Assembly (NCBI GenBank): GCA_041742055.1
Contig: JBGSJI010000048.1
Location: forward strand, 6,722 to 70,721
Direction: 5' to 3'
Length of the DNA stretch: 64,000 nucleotides
DNA from: Limnoglobus sp.
GTDB lineage: Bacteria; Planctomycetota; Planctomycetia; Gemmatales; Gemmataceae
Shown: positions 41,278 through 51,057 of the stretch, in pieces
Numbering within the stretch: the first letter of the stretch is position 1
Layout of the letters: every line of letters starts with the position of its first letter
Translations under genes and position numbers: made by a program
The notes under the pieces: model-generated
The model's database searches: none
What the model saw: only the letters and a program-made list of their open reading frames with translations
What the model was told of the DNA's origin: nothing

Positions 41278-43857
41278 TCAGTTGCGAGACAGTTCTTTTT
41301 TGGGAAGTCCCTGAATCCATTCGCTTTCCAGTTTCAATGCCCCACCCGGTGTCTTCGTCAGCCATTTCTTGAGCGCGTTCGGATCGACACCCGCCTCCAA
41401 CAGGCAGGCTGCGGTCCCCGCGACCACACCCGACGCCAGTTCCGGTGACTCTGTGCCGTTCACGATCACATTAGGTTTCTGTCCCAAAAGGATACCGGGC
41501 CCGGCTCCCGTCAGTCCCGTGTCGATTCCCACGGTCAGTGCGATCGTGGCATCGCCAGGAATCGCAACGCCCGACTCCGCCGGCGCGTACGAATCAAGGA
41601 CCAACCGGTTCGCCGCCGCGCGATTGACCAGCGATGCATACAGCCGCGGACGGATCTCGTACTTGTTTCGATTCGTCACTGCCAACGTCTCGCTTGCGAA
41701 CCTGCCCGTGACACGCACGGCGTACACGCCATCCGCCGGAATCGTCGCCTCCAGCGTCTGCTCAAAAATCGAAGCCGTCAGATACCGCTGGATTCTCACC
41801 GGTGGGCTTTTCGCTTCAGCCACGATGCTCAGAACATCAGAACTCGTCTGTTTGCCTTCCGGGTCAATCTGTCGGAGGAGTTGGATCGTCATCGGGAACG
41901 ACGCAGCCTCGCTCAGTTCGAGATCGGGGTCGCGCGGCTCGCGCCACTGGATGCTAATGTGAACTTTTGTACCGGATGGGATTGTGCGTGTCGATTTCCC
42001 GTCCGCTGTCGCCAGCGCCAGAAAATTCAGTTCGCGTGCCCACTCATTCTGAGCGGTTTGATCGCTGATATACTCCATCGCGCCATTGCCATCACGATCC
42101 AAATAGGGTCCCGCCCACACCGCTCCGTGCGAAGTGCTCGCCGCCTGAACCCAAACCGGCGGAAGCGTCGCCCGCGAGGCGTGGATTCCGGTGCGGGTCG
42201 GCGCAACGGATAGTTTCTTCTCGATCAACTGGCTTACCGTGCTCAATCCGTCGTGAGCATATCCATCTTCCCAGACCAGCGTGTTCACGATCAGATCAGC
42301 ACCCTTGAGGCTTTGCAATTGACTTTTGAGAATCTGAAGCCGGTCAAATTTGCCTTTATAATTCGCCTCATCAGCCTTCAGGCTCTTGAATGCTTCCGCC
42401 GCATCCGTGCGCCGCTTGGCCGGCTTCGGATCATCGCTCAGATCGCTGAACGCCTTGCGATACTCTTCCTCGACCAAATCGCGGCGATTATTCAAGTACG
42501 CGCTCTCGGCCAGCAATTCATTGCCGCGGGAGATCATCGCGACTGACAAAGAGGCGTCACCCGATGCCATATTCATGGCCGAGATTAACTGGTGAATCGC
42601 AATCGGATTGATCCGGACCAGAATCAGTTCCGCACCCGGAGCAATCACGCTGATCGCTTTGGCCGTGGCGGTACCCGATCCTCGGCCCGCGGGTGCCGGC
42701 TCAATAGTTTGAGACAACTCGGCCGTCAGGTCGATCAATCGGGCATTCTTCGGAAGTTCGCCCGGGAACTCCGTTGCCAGTACGATCACGCGCTTCCCGT
42801 CTCCGCGATAGCCGGCTTTCTGCAGCAAAGCGATATTGCTTGACTCAATGCCGACCGGCTTCGTGTTCTCGCCGGCTCCCGGTTGGAGCGAAGCCAATCG
42901 CGGAAGCCGAACGGAATGGATATCCGGCAACGCCGCGATCTTGGCCAATTCGGCAGCATTCGGAACTGACACCACCGCGAATCGTCCGAAGACTCCCTCG
43001 ATCGCCGCCTTCGGCACGCGCATCCGGAGCATCTGCCGGAATGACAACGCCCCTTCAGGAATCGGCGCGCCCGTCAGGAGTTCCACCGTCATCGGCTGCA
43101 TGGCTTTGGCCGGGTCGGTGAGATGGCTCACGAGATTCGCTTCGTACTTCGGCGAGGCGATGGCGGGAGGCAAGGGTTGAAGGTCGGGTACTGCCGGGCC
43201 GGGATCGACGGGTTTGAGCACCTCAACCAGCCGGATCGGAAGTATGTCACGCATCGGCAGATTCAGTTCGTCTCGCGGGATCTCGCTGAAGAACCAGCCG
43301 GATGGCAGATCGCGCAGGTCGCGGAGCAGTTCCGGAACTTCGCCGGACGGGAGCGTCCCGCGAATGATGCTGTACCCCTTGTGGGCGTATCCCACATATT
43401 CCTGGAATCCCAGACGAGTCAACTGAGCGACGACCTGCTCGTGAAAGGTTCGCTGTTCAATCAGGTTCAGTCCTGAGGGGATCAGAATCCGCAAATGGGA
43501 AAGCGCCTTCGCATCATCGGGCAGCGGCGTCGCCGAGTCGCGAATGAGAGAGGTCTTCACGGCATCGATTTTGAGCACCGCATCTATCGCGGAGGAAGGG
43601 ATCGTACCCGCCAGGCGCTCGGCGGTCGGATCGAACTTGTCGAGGTCCGCATCCTCTCGCGGATCCTGGACGAAGCCGAGTTTCGTCAACTGATCCATGA
43701 GCGCTGTGTACGCGCGCACGCGCTGATTCAATTCCTTCGAGATGCGGTAGCGCAAATCCAGATGATACTGTGCGGGCGGTTGCGGTTCCACCACCTGTGC
43801 CGAGATCGGAGCACAGAGGAGATTCAACGCAGCGAAGACAGAAAGGCAAACCCGCAT
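41278..43857 (-). CDS. Secreted 859-aa protein, subtilase (S8)-like scaffold with substituted catalytic positions and a coiled-coil insertion (tentative)
   Basis: Signal peptide MRVCLSVFAALNLLCAPISAQ. VIVLATEF, GSGTATAKAISVIAPGAELILVRI and NGTESPELASGVVAGTAACLLEAG resemble the S8 Asp, His and Ser boxes but carry A/T, G and E at the catalytic residues. A charged helical stretch lies between them. Confidence 0.4.
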   Translation of the reverse strand: MRVCLSVFAALNLLCAPISAQVVEPQPPAQYHLDLRYRISKELNQRVRAYTALMDQLTKLGFVQDPREDADLDKFDPTAERLAGTIPSSAIDAVLKIDAVKTSLIRDSATPLPDDAKALSHLRILIPSGLNLIEQRTFHEQVVAQLTRLGFQEYVGYAHKGYSIIRGTLPSGEVPELLRDLRDLPSGWFFSEIPRDELNLPMRDILPIRLVEVLKPVDPGPAVPDLQPLPPAIASPKYEANLVSHLTDPAKAMQPMTVELLTGAPIPEGALSFRQMLRMRVPKAAIEGVFGRFAVVSVPNAAELAKIAALPDIHSVRLPRLASLQPGAGENTKPVGIESSNIALLQKAGYRGDGKRVIVLATEFPGELPKNARLIDLTAELSQTIEPAPAGRGSGTATAKAISVIAPGAELILVRINPIAIHQLISAMNMASGDASLSVAMISRGNELLAESAYLNNRRDLVEEEYRKAFSDLSDDPKPAKRRTDAAEAFKSLKADEANYKGKFDRLQILKSQLQSLKGADLIVNTLVWEDGYAHDGLSTVSQLIEKKLSVAPTRTGIHASRATLPPVWVQAASTSHGAVWAGPYLDRDGNGAMEYISDQTAQNEWARELNFLALATADGKSTRTIPSGTKVHISIQWREPRDPDLELSEAASFPMTIQLLRQIDPEGKQTSSDVLSIVAEAKSPPVRIQRYLTASIFEQTLEATIPADGVYAVRVTGRFASETLAVTNRNKYEIRPRLYASLVNRAAANRLVLDSYAPAESGVAIPGDATIALTVGIDTGLTGAGPGILLGQKPNVIVNGTESPELASGVVAGTAACLLEAGVDPNALKKWLTKTPGGALKLESEWIQGLPKKELSRN

Positions 43858-44173
43858 GGCGGTCTCGCGGTGAGGGACGGAATCATTCAATTACCAGTAT
43901 GCCCTCTCAAGCCGGTTCTGGGAAGCACCCAGCATCCTGCCGGCGGAGTTTCTCGCATCCGCGATAGACCCATGACGATTGGCGCGAATGTACGAATTGC
44001 AGCGATTGAAGATTGTTCCGAATCGAATCTGAGAGTTGTGAGAATCAGGGAGTGACAGCTCTTTATGAAATTGAGAGATGAGTTGTGTGTTGTGAGTTTT
44101 TGAGTCAGGAGATCGGTGATCGAATCGAGAACGTCGGTGATCGATTCATTTCAGGACTCGTAACTCACGGCTT

Positions 44174-44385
44174 TTCCGACCTGAAGGGTCGGTTCTGTCA
44201 GCCCGGGGCAAGGTCCGAAGGACCGCAGCCCCGGGTCCAGCACATAAAAAACGCGCGTGGAGTGCGGGTCATTTTCTTGGAAAATGACCCGCACTCCACG
44301 CGCGAAATGCACTTTGATCGTAACCCAGGGCATCGCCGCTTCGCGTCTCGCCCTGGGCTGACAGAATCGGCCCGTCAGGCCGGAA
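44174..44385. repeat. Nested palindromic element 1 (about 212 bp, MITE-like)
   Basis: Imperfect 35-bp terminal inverted repeats TTCCGACCTGAAGGGTCGGTTCTGTCAGCCCGGGG (44174-44208) and CCCTGGGCTGACAGAATCGGCCCGTCAGGCCGGAA (44351-44385). They enclose a perfect 24-bp hairpin (44252-44275 / 44281-44304) and a smaller one at 44202-44235. Confidence 0.75.
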
Positions 44386-44505
44386 AACAAAAATCCGTTC
44401 TCGTTCGAATCTCTACTGGGCTGATCGTTCTCAGTGATAATCGGTGCGTTCTATCTCAAGAATGGGGGGGTAAATATTTTTGGCTCCGGAGGAGCCAGGG
44501 AATGG

Positions 44506-44695
44506 AGCCACGGGTTAGCGAGACCGGTGAAGTCGGTCGCAGCGCAGCCCGTGGAAAGCAAAAAGCAATGATTTTTGGAACTGCCCCGGAGAGGGTCCGA
44601 GGAAAAATTCCTCGGACCCTCTCCGGGGCAGTTCAAGAATTTAAGGGGGATCTACTACCACGGGTTACGCTCGCTTCGCTCGCTCACCCGTGGCT
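44506..44695. repeat. Nested palindromic element 2 (about 190 bp)
   Basis: Outer inverted repeat AGCCACGGGTTAGCGAG (44506-44522) / CTCGCTCACCCGTGGCT (44679-44695), matching 16 of 17. It encloses a perfect 26-bp hairpin GAACTGCCCCGGAGAGGGTCCGAGGA (44578-44603) / TCCTCGGACCCTCTCCGGGGCAGTTC (44609-44634). Confidence 0.75.
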
Positions 44696-44701
44696 ACATT
44701 C

Positions 44702-44977
44702 GAGTGCCCCATCCGGGGCACAAAGACCACTCGAATCACAAACGCATGATTCAGACCACAATGTCAGATCGAGGAGTGCCCCGTCCGGGGCACAAAGACA
44801 CTCGAATCACAAACGCATGATTCAGACCACAATGTCAGATTGAGGAGTGACCCATCCGGGGCACAAAGACACTCGAGTCCACGTCCGGGGAACAAAGACA
44901 AACGAAACTCGAGTGCTCCTTCAAGTGAAAAAAGGCAGCCGGAACTCAAGTGTCCCTTCCGCGGGACAAATGCAGAC
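44702..44977. repeat. Tandem repeat array, 72/71-bp unit, about 2.5 clean copies then degenerate copies
   Basis: Units start at 44702, 44774 and 44845. The core GTGCCCC-N-TCCGGGGCACAAAGAC (a small hairpin) recurs at 44704, 44776, 44847, 44877 and 44950. Confidence 0.85.
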
Positions 44978-45060
44978 GAATCGACAAATCGCCTAAATGG
45001 GTCAAGAAATCAATACAGCGTTCGTCCCCTATCTCGCAACACCGCCATCATCCATCCCAC

Positions 45061-46467
45061 TCAGCCCTTGACTTCCTTGCTCTTCAGCTTGCCGAGATTG
45101 CCGAACAGATGAACCAGTGAGGCCATCAGTTTCTTGAAGTCGCCTTCGTGGAGGCTTTCATTCGGCGCGTGGGCGTTGCTGGCGGGGTCTTCGATTCCCA
45201 CAAGAAGCGCCGGCGCTCCGCCGAACAGTTCCGCCAGCGGACCCACAAAGCCGATGCTGCCCCCGCAGCCAATCCCGACCGGATCGCGATCAAAACCCGC
45301 TCGCAGAGCTGTCAGCGCCGCCTCAAAGGCCGGGCCGTTCGGGTCGGTCATCCACCAATTGCAATCCGCACCGTGCTGCGTCACCTTGACATCGCAGCCA
45401 TACGGCGGATTGGCCGAGAGGTACGCCTGCATCTGGGCGACGACATCCGCCGGTTGCTGGTCCGGAACGATCCGGCAACTGACGATGGCGGAAGCTTTGG
45501 GCAGAACCTGGTTGGAAGCCCCTTTGATGCTGCTGGCTTCCTGTGCGATCACGGTGGCGGAGGGGCGACGCCACGTCTGTTCGTACACGCTCAGCCCGTC
45601 TTCCATCGCGAACTGACAGCCGGGCAGCACTCCCAACTCCTGACGGAACTTGGCGTCGTCCCAGGGGAGCTTTCGGAAGGCGGATTTTTCCTTGTCGGTC
45701 AGCGGGCGAACCTGATCGTAAAGGCCGGGAACCGGCAAGGGTTGATTGGGTGCAAAGAGTCTCGCAAGAACCGTGTTCAAGGCCAGCGCCGCATCCGGCA
45801 CCGCTCCGCCGGCCATGCCGGAGTGCACGGGAATCCGCGCGGTGGTCACTTCCACCATGAGCGCGACGATCCCGCGAAGCGAATACGTGATGCAGGGCAG
45901 ACCGACTTCGATATTCTCGGTATCGCAGACAACGATCACGTCGGATTGCAATTTCTGTTTGTGGACATCGAAGAACTTCATCAGATTCTTCGATCCGATT
46001 TCTTCTTCACCTTCGACCACCATTTTGATGTTGACGGGAAGCTGATTGCCGGTCTTGCGGTAGGCGGCGATGGCGCCGAGGAAGGCGGAGATGGCGCCTT
46101 TGTCGTCAGCGGAACCGCGTGCGAACAATCGGCCGTCGCGGCGGGTGAGTTTCCAGGGATCGGAGAGCCATTGATCGATGTAATTGACGGGCTGTACGTC
46201 GTGGTGGGCGTAGAGGAAGACGGTCGGCTTGTCCGGACCGGCTTCGAGCCATTCACCGTAGGCGTAGGGCAGGGAGTTGCCGACTTTCAGGATCTCGACA
46301 TTGAGTAGCCCGGCGTCCCGCATGAGATCGCAGGTCAGCGAGGCGGTGCGTTCAATCTCCGTTCCATGTTCGCCATCGGTTGAGATGCTCTGCACCGCAA
46401 CGAGGTCGGCGAGCCCGCGAATGATGTCTTCATGATGTTTCTGCAGCCAGTCGAGCGCAACGTTCAC
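45061..46467 (-). CDS. M20 family metallopeptidase (dipeptidase, DUG1/CNDP-like subgroup)
   Basis: FLYAHHDVQP, RGSADDKG, VEGEEEIGS and NAHAPNE. The GTG start at 46467 is preceded by GGAGG 7 nt upstream. Confidence 0.88.
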   Translation of the reverse strand: MNVALDWLQKHHEDIIRGLADLVAVQSISTDGEHGTEIERTASLTCDLMRDAGLLNVEILKVGNSLPYAYGEWLEAGPDKPTVFLYAHHDVQPVNYIDQWLSDPWKLTRRDGRLFARGSADDKGAISAFLGAIAAYRKTGNQLPVNIKMVVEGEEEIGSKNLMKFFDVHKQKLQSDVIVVCDTENIEVGLPCITYSLRGIVALMVEVTTARIPVHSGMAGGAVPDAALALNTVLARLFAPNQPLPVPGLYDQVRPLTDKEKSAFRKLPWDDAKFRQELGVLPGCQFAMEDGLSVYEQTWRRPSATVIAQEASSIKGASNQVLPKASAIVSCRIVPDQQPADVVAQMQAYLSANPPYGCDVKVTQHGADCNWWMTDPNGPAFEAALTALRAGFDRDPVGIGCGGSIGFVGPLAELFGGAPALLVGIEDPASNAHAPNESLHEGDFKKLMASLVHLFGNLGKLKSKEVKG

Positions 46468-46761
46468 GTTCAGTCCTCCACGTGTGTGCTGTTACTCTAC
46501 CCCAGTGGGAGCATAGGGTAAACGGGTTGGTTCAATGATGAATGGCAAGAATCGGTGGTTACTTCAGGATAGACGATCGGGAGAGCGGGAAATCCATCAG
46601 GAAATGCAGGAATGAAAATCGAGGAATGAAATCTGAGCATGACTGAGATTTTGAATTCTTACTTGATCGATTCTTTTGGTCATGAAAAGTGTCGAAATTG
46701 CGAGCGCGAGCGATTCGAAGAGCGAATGACTTGGGTCATTGAGAGAGTGAATTCGACGTAA

Positions 46762-46853
46762 GTGCTTATCGGGCATAGGCGCTTCCGAAATTTTGGTGTC
46801 TTTCCACGGTAGGGTGTGGCAGTGTCGGTGGAAAGACGAGCCAGGGTTTGAAT
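46762..46853 (+). repeat. R2 repeat family, copy c (ends 108 nt upstream of the start of CDS 46961)
   Basis: GGCGCTTCCGAAATTTTGGTGTCTTTCCAC-N4-GGGTGTGGC-N7-CGGTGGAAAGAC...GTTTGAA has the same architecture as 6941-7028. Confidence 0.7.
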
Positions 46854-46960
46854 GTCCTCGCCACGAGGTTGCGCAGCGGGTAGCGGAGGGCGAGTTTCGA
46901 TAGATGACTCTTCGAATTCATAAAATACCGGCCGATTCCATTGACGTGAAAGGGACAGCA

Positions 46961-48094
46961 ATGAAAGTGCGATTGTTTACTCCGGGGCCGACCCCGGTGC
47001 CCGAGGAGACATTGCTTGAGCTTGCGAAGCCGGTGGGTTATCACCGTTCGGCGGAGGCGAAGGCGGTTCTCGGCGAGATGACTGAGGATCTGAAGTATGT
47101 CTTTCAGACGACGAACACGGTGCTGACGCTGACGAGTTCCGGGACCGGCGGGATGGATGCGGCGGTCTCGAGTAGCCTGGCGGCGGGTGAGAAGGCGATC
47201 TTGCTGACGGCAGGACGTTGGGGCGAGCGCTGGCGCGGGGTGCTGAAGGCGTACGGGATCGATATCGTTGCGGTGGAAGTTCCGTACGGCAAGGCGGTAA
47301 CGCCAGAGATGCTTGATGCGGCGTTGAAGGCGCACCCGGATGCGAAGGCGGTGCTTGCGACGCTGAGCGAGACTTCGACGGGCGTGGGACATGACCTCGA
47401 GGCGTTCGGCAAGCTGGTCTCGAAGACGGACGCGATTCTGATTGTTGATGCGATTTCCGGCCTGGGTGCGATGGAATGCCACACCGACAAGTGGCATCTG
47501 GATATCGTGGTGACCGGTTCACAGAAGGCACTGATGCTGCCTCCGGGACTGGCCTTCGTGAGCGTGAGCGAGAAGGCGTGGAAGAAGATCGACGCGACGC
47601 CGGTGCGCAATTTCTATCTGGATCTGCGTCGGTATCGGAAGTCGATCGCGGAGAACGATACACCGTTCACGCCAGCGAATACGCTGATCAAGGCGCAGCG
47701 AGCGAGTTTGAAGCGAATCCGCGCAGAGGGGATCGAGAACCTGTGGGCCCGCCACGCGCGAATGGCAGCGGCTGCGCAGGCGGCTGTGAAAGCGATGGGG
47801 TTGCAACTGTTCGCGGAGCGGCCGAACAACGGGTTGACGGTGATCACCGTGCCCGCTGGCGTGGATGGGACGGCGACATTGAAGGGGATGGAGAAGAAGT
47901 ACGGTTACAAGCTGGCGGACGGTCAGGACAATATGAAAGGGAAAATCTGGCGGCTCTCGCACATGGGATATACGGATGCGTTCGAGGTGCTGGGTGCGTT
48001 TGCGGCGATGGAACTGGTATTGATTGAATCCGGATTTCCGTTGCAACCGGGTTCAGGAGTAGCGGCGTTTCAGAAATCGCTTATCGGTTCGTAG
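46961..48094 (+). CDS. Class V pyridoxal-phosphate aminotransferase (serine-pyruvate/alanine-glyoxylate type)
   Basis: MKVRLFTPGPTPVPEE start and PLP-lysine block VTGSQKALMLPPG. The ATG at 46961 is preferred over the track start at 46904. Confidence 0.9.
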   Translation: MKVRLFTPGPTPVPEETLLELAKPVGYHRSAEAKAVLGEMTEDLKYVFQTTNTVLTLTSSGTGGMDAAVSSSLAAGEKAILLTAGRWGERWRGVLKAYGIDIVAVEVPYGKAVTPEMLDAALKAHPDAKAVLATLSETSTGVGHDLEAFGKLVSKTDAILIVDAISGLGAMECHTDKWHLDIVVTGSQKALMLPPGLAFVSVSEKAWKKIDATPVRNFYLDLRRYRKSIAENDTPFTPANTLIKAQRASLKRIRAEGIENLWARHARMAAAAQAAVKAMGLQLFAERPNNGLTVITVPAGVDGTATLKGMEKKYGYKLADGQDNMKGKIWRLSHMGYTDAFEVLGAFAAMELVLIESGFPLQPGSGVAAFQKSLIGS

Positions 48095-48252
48095 TTCAAA
48101 CCTCACGCAATTTAATTCCTACCACCGGTCCGATCGGGCCGGTGTGTTGCGCCTTTTCCGCAAACTCATCGCATCTTTTGCATACGGGCATGTACACTGA
48201 ATTGATAGTTCACACGGTCTGTCGTGTCGTTTTACTCATTGGGTAGCCTGTC

Positions 48253-51057
48253 ATGGTAGCTCGAAGTCTTTCACTTTTGGCTCTTGGTATTGGTCTCACC
48301 TGCCTGTGCTCACATTCCGTAACCGCACAAAACACGGGTGGCGTATCTGTTACCGCGAAACAACCGGATAAAAAATTCCCGGATTTTGAAAGCGTCGTGA
48401 AGGATGCGAAGGTCTACGAAGGCCTCTTCACGGTATATCATAAAGACGAAAACGCCTATTTAGAATTGCAGATTAGTCATCTTGGGAAACCGTATCTGTT
48501 ACCCATTTCCGTTGTTCGAGGAGCAGGAATTGGTGGAAGCACGTTGAACTTTGATGAGCAATGGGTTGTGATGTTCAAACGTGTCGGCGATAAGGTGCAC
48601 CTCGTTCGAAGGAATGTCCGTTTCAAGGCGCAGCCGAATACAGCGGAAGCAAAAGCGGTGGAAACCACGTATTCCGACAGCGTATTGCTTGCGTTGCCAA
48701 TCAAGTCTGTCAATCCAATCAAAGCGTCCATACTGATCGATCTAAATACCATTTTCTTTTCCGATCTGGGTCAGTTCGGATTGGGTGTGCTCGATCCGAC
48801 TCGGACGACCTGGGGAAAGATCAAATCGTTCAAGAAGAATCTCGAACTCCAGGTTCAGGCGACGTTCACAGGCATCCGTGGCAGAGGAATGGCAACATCA
48901 GGTGATGACGTTATTGATTCCCGTGGGGTGACAGTTGTCGTTCAATACGGTCTCTGTGAATTACCAACTTCGGGATATCAGCCCCGCTTGGCGGATAATC
49001 GAATTGGGCACTTCCTCACGGCAGTGAAAGATTTCTCGCAGGACAACCCGGACACGAGTTTTGTCCGAATGATCAACCGCTGGCGTTTGGAACGTCCAGC
49101 CAGCGCTCCGCCTTGGAAAGAGGGCGGAAAACTGGTTCCGCCGGTGAAACCGATTGTTTACTGGATCGAGAATTCGGTACCCGATGAATACCGCACCGCC
49201 GTCCGCGAGGGCATTCTGGAATGGAACAAAGCGTTCGAAAAGATCGGTTTCAAGAACGCAATAGAAGTTCGTCAGCAGGAAGCGGGTGAGTTCGATCCGG
49301 AAGATTTGTCTTACAGCACCTTCCGCTGGATCGCGTCCGATGTTCCCTTTGCAATCGGACCCAGTCGTGCGAATCCGTTCACGGGCGAGATCCTCGACGC
49401 GGATATTCTCTTTGATGCGAGCTACATCAAGTATTACAAGCAGGAACAAAGAATGTTCCGCGATGATAAAGGGCGACTTATCGAGCCAGCCAGCGATATT
49501 CGTGCATCTCAGAAAGGCTGGGACATTCCTCTTCACCCGCTCGCGTTTCGCGGAAGCTCAATCGACTGGAATGATCATCAAAAGTCTTTGCCCTTAAGCC
49601 GTGAAGAGCGGATGATTCAGCGCCAGCACGCGATTCGTAATGGGTATTGTCAATGCGCCGCTCACAAGCGCGGCGAACTGGCGCTCGCAGCCTTCGGCCT
49701 CGCCACGCAAGTGGGACTGAAGGAAGGCGAAACGATTCCCGACGAATTGCTTCAGCAAGCAGTGAAAGAGACTGTCATGCACGAAGTGGGGCATACACTG
49801 GGACTTCGACACAATTTCAAATCAAGCACGATGTTGCCGAACGACAAGCTTCACGATACCTCCATCACACGGAAACGAGGTCTTGTCGGCAGTGTGATGG
49901 ATTACAACCCGGCCAACATTGCTCCTCCCGGAGTCAAGCAAGGCGACTACTTTACCACAACCATTGGCCCTTACGATTATTGGGCGATTGAGTACGCTTA
50001 TGCCCCGATTGCCGGTGGTACTGAAGGAGAGAAAGCAGAACTCAAGAAAATTGCCAGTCGAGTGGCCGATCCGAATCTGGTCTTCGGAACCGATGAGGAT
50101 GTGTTCGGAAGTTCGGATCCTTACATCAATCGTTGGGACATGGGAGCGGATCCGATCCAATTCGGGAAAGATCGGATCAAGATCGCCCAAGGGCTTCTCG
50201 GTAAGTTGTCTGAAAACGCGGTCAATAATGGCGAGAGCTTCTCCCGGCTTCGACTGGCGTTTGGACAGGTTTTGCGAAGTTATGGGAACGCGGCATATCT
50301 GACCTCGCGTCACGTCGGCGGCATCGTTGTGAACCGTGACTTCAAGGGCGATCCGAATGGCCGCGATCCACTCGTTCCCGTCAAATCGGATAAGCAACGT
50401 GAAGCACTCACATTTCTGAAAGAGAACATCCTCACCGATAAGCCGTTTCAGTTTCCGCCAGAACTTCTCCGAAAACTCTCGATGGAAAAGTGGAGTCACT
50501 GGGGTTCCGGGCTCTCCTTCGGTGGCGGGGAATATCCCGTCAATGAACGAGTTTTGGCCATTCAGGAAAGCGTTCTGGACGAACTTCTTAGCCCGGAAAC
50601 GTTGAATCGAATTCAAAATACGGAGCGGTTGGTCAAGCCTGAGGATAAGCCACTTGCGATCTCCGAAGTCTTTCGAATTTTGACTGACTCGATATTTGTG
50701 AGCCTTCCCGCTGGACAGAATCAGGTGACAGGGCCGTCATCGATCGTGATGCGAAATCTGCAGCGTGCCTATCTGAAACGGCTATCGAGCATGATCATTG
50801 GTTCGGAAAACGATCTTGGAGGATTGTTCATCCTGCTTGGTGGTTCGAGCGATGTTCCTCCAGACGCTAAGAGCCTCGCTCGAAAGCATCTCGGAGATAT
50901 TGCCAAGCGAATGGAAGAAGCATTGAAGCGAGATGATGTTGCCACCAAAAAAGTCGGTGAAAAGCCGATGGATGATGTCTCACGAGCATTCATTGAGGAA
51001 TCGCGGGATCGTATCACCAAGATTCTCAATGCCACCGTGACAACAAACAACCCATGA
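48253..51057 (+). CDS. Secreted zinc metalloprotease (DUF5117/DUF4953-type, HExxH)
   Basis: Signal peptide. HEVGHTLGLRHNF followed by GSVMDYNP. Confidence 0.88.
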   Translation: MVARSLSLLALGIGLTCLCSHSVTAQNTGGVSVTAKQPDKKFPDFESVVKDAKVYEGLFTVYHKDENAYLELQISHLGKPYLLPISVVRGAGIGGSTLNFDEQWVVMFKRVGDKVHLVRRNVRFKAQPNTAEAKAVETTYSDSVLLALPIKSVNPIKASILIDLNTIFFSDLGQFGLGVLDPTRTTWGKIKSFKKNLELQVQATFTGIRGRGMATSGDDVIDSRGVTVVVQYGLCELPTSGYQPRLADNRIGHFLTAVKDFSQDNPDTSFVRMINRWRLERPASAPPWKEGGKLVPPVKPIVYWIENSVPDEYRTAVREGILEWNKAFEKIGFKNAIEVRQQEAGEFDPEDLSYSTFRWIASDVPFAIGPSRANPFTGEILDADILFDASYIKYYKQEQRMFRDDKGRLIEPASDIRASQKGWDIPLHPLAFRGSSIDWNDHQKSLPLSREERMIQRQHAIRNGYCQCAAHKRGELALAAFGLATQVGLKEGETIPDELLQQAVKETVMHEVGHTLGLRHNFKSSTMLPNDKLHDTSITRKRGLVGSVMDYNPANIAPPGVKQGDYFTTTIGPYDYWAIEYAYAPIAGGTEGEKAELKKIASRVADPNLVFGTDEDVFGSSDPYINRWDMGADPIQFGKDRIKIAQGLLGKLSENAVNNGESFSRLRLAFGQVLRSYGNAAYLTSRHVGGIVVNRDFKGDPNGRDPLVPVKSDKQREALTFLKENILTDKPFQFPPELLRKLSMEKWSHWGSGLSFGGGEYPVNERVLAIQESVLDELLSPETLNRIQNTERLVKPEDKPLAISEVFRILTDSIFVSLPAGQNQVTGPSSIVMRNLQRAYLKRLSSMIIGSENDLGGLFILLGGSSDVPPDAKSLARKHLGDIAKRMEEALKRDDVATKKVGEKPMDDVSRAFIEESRDRITKILNATVTTNNP

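Noticed and set aside
44174-44385. An integron attC site or gene-cassette array as an interpretation of the imperfect palindromes.
   Set aside because: I could not find the RYYYAAC / GTTRRRY boundary cores. No cassette ORFs lie between the structures. No intI is in the window. It is left as one hypothesis to test, not a call.
44085-44843. A 252-aa plus-strand ORF and a mirrored 79-aa minus-strand ORF across the palindromic tract.
   Set aside because: The ORF runs straight through perfect inverted and tandem repeats. The two strands give near-identical peptides only because of the palindromes. Composition is skewed (R, G, S, H) and there is no SD sequence or homology.
44702-44977. A possible CRISPR array: a repeated core of about 24 nt with a small hairpin at roughly regular spacing.
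   Set aside because: The sequences between the cores are themselves repeated, so the clean units are whole 71/72-bp tandem copies. There are no unique spacers. No cas genes are in the window.
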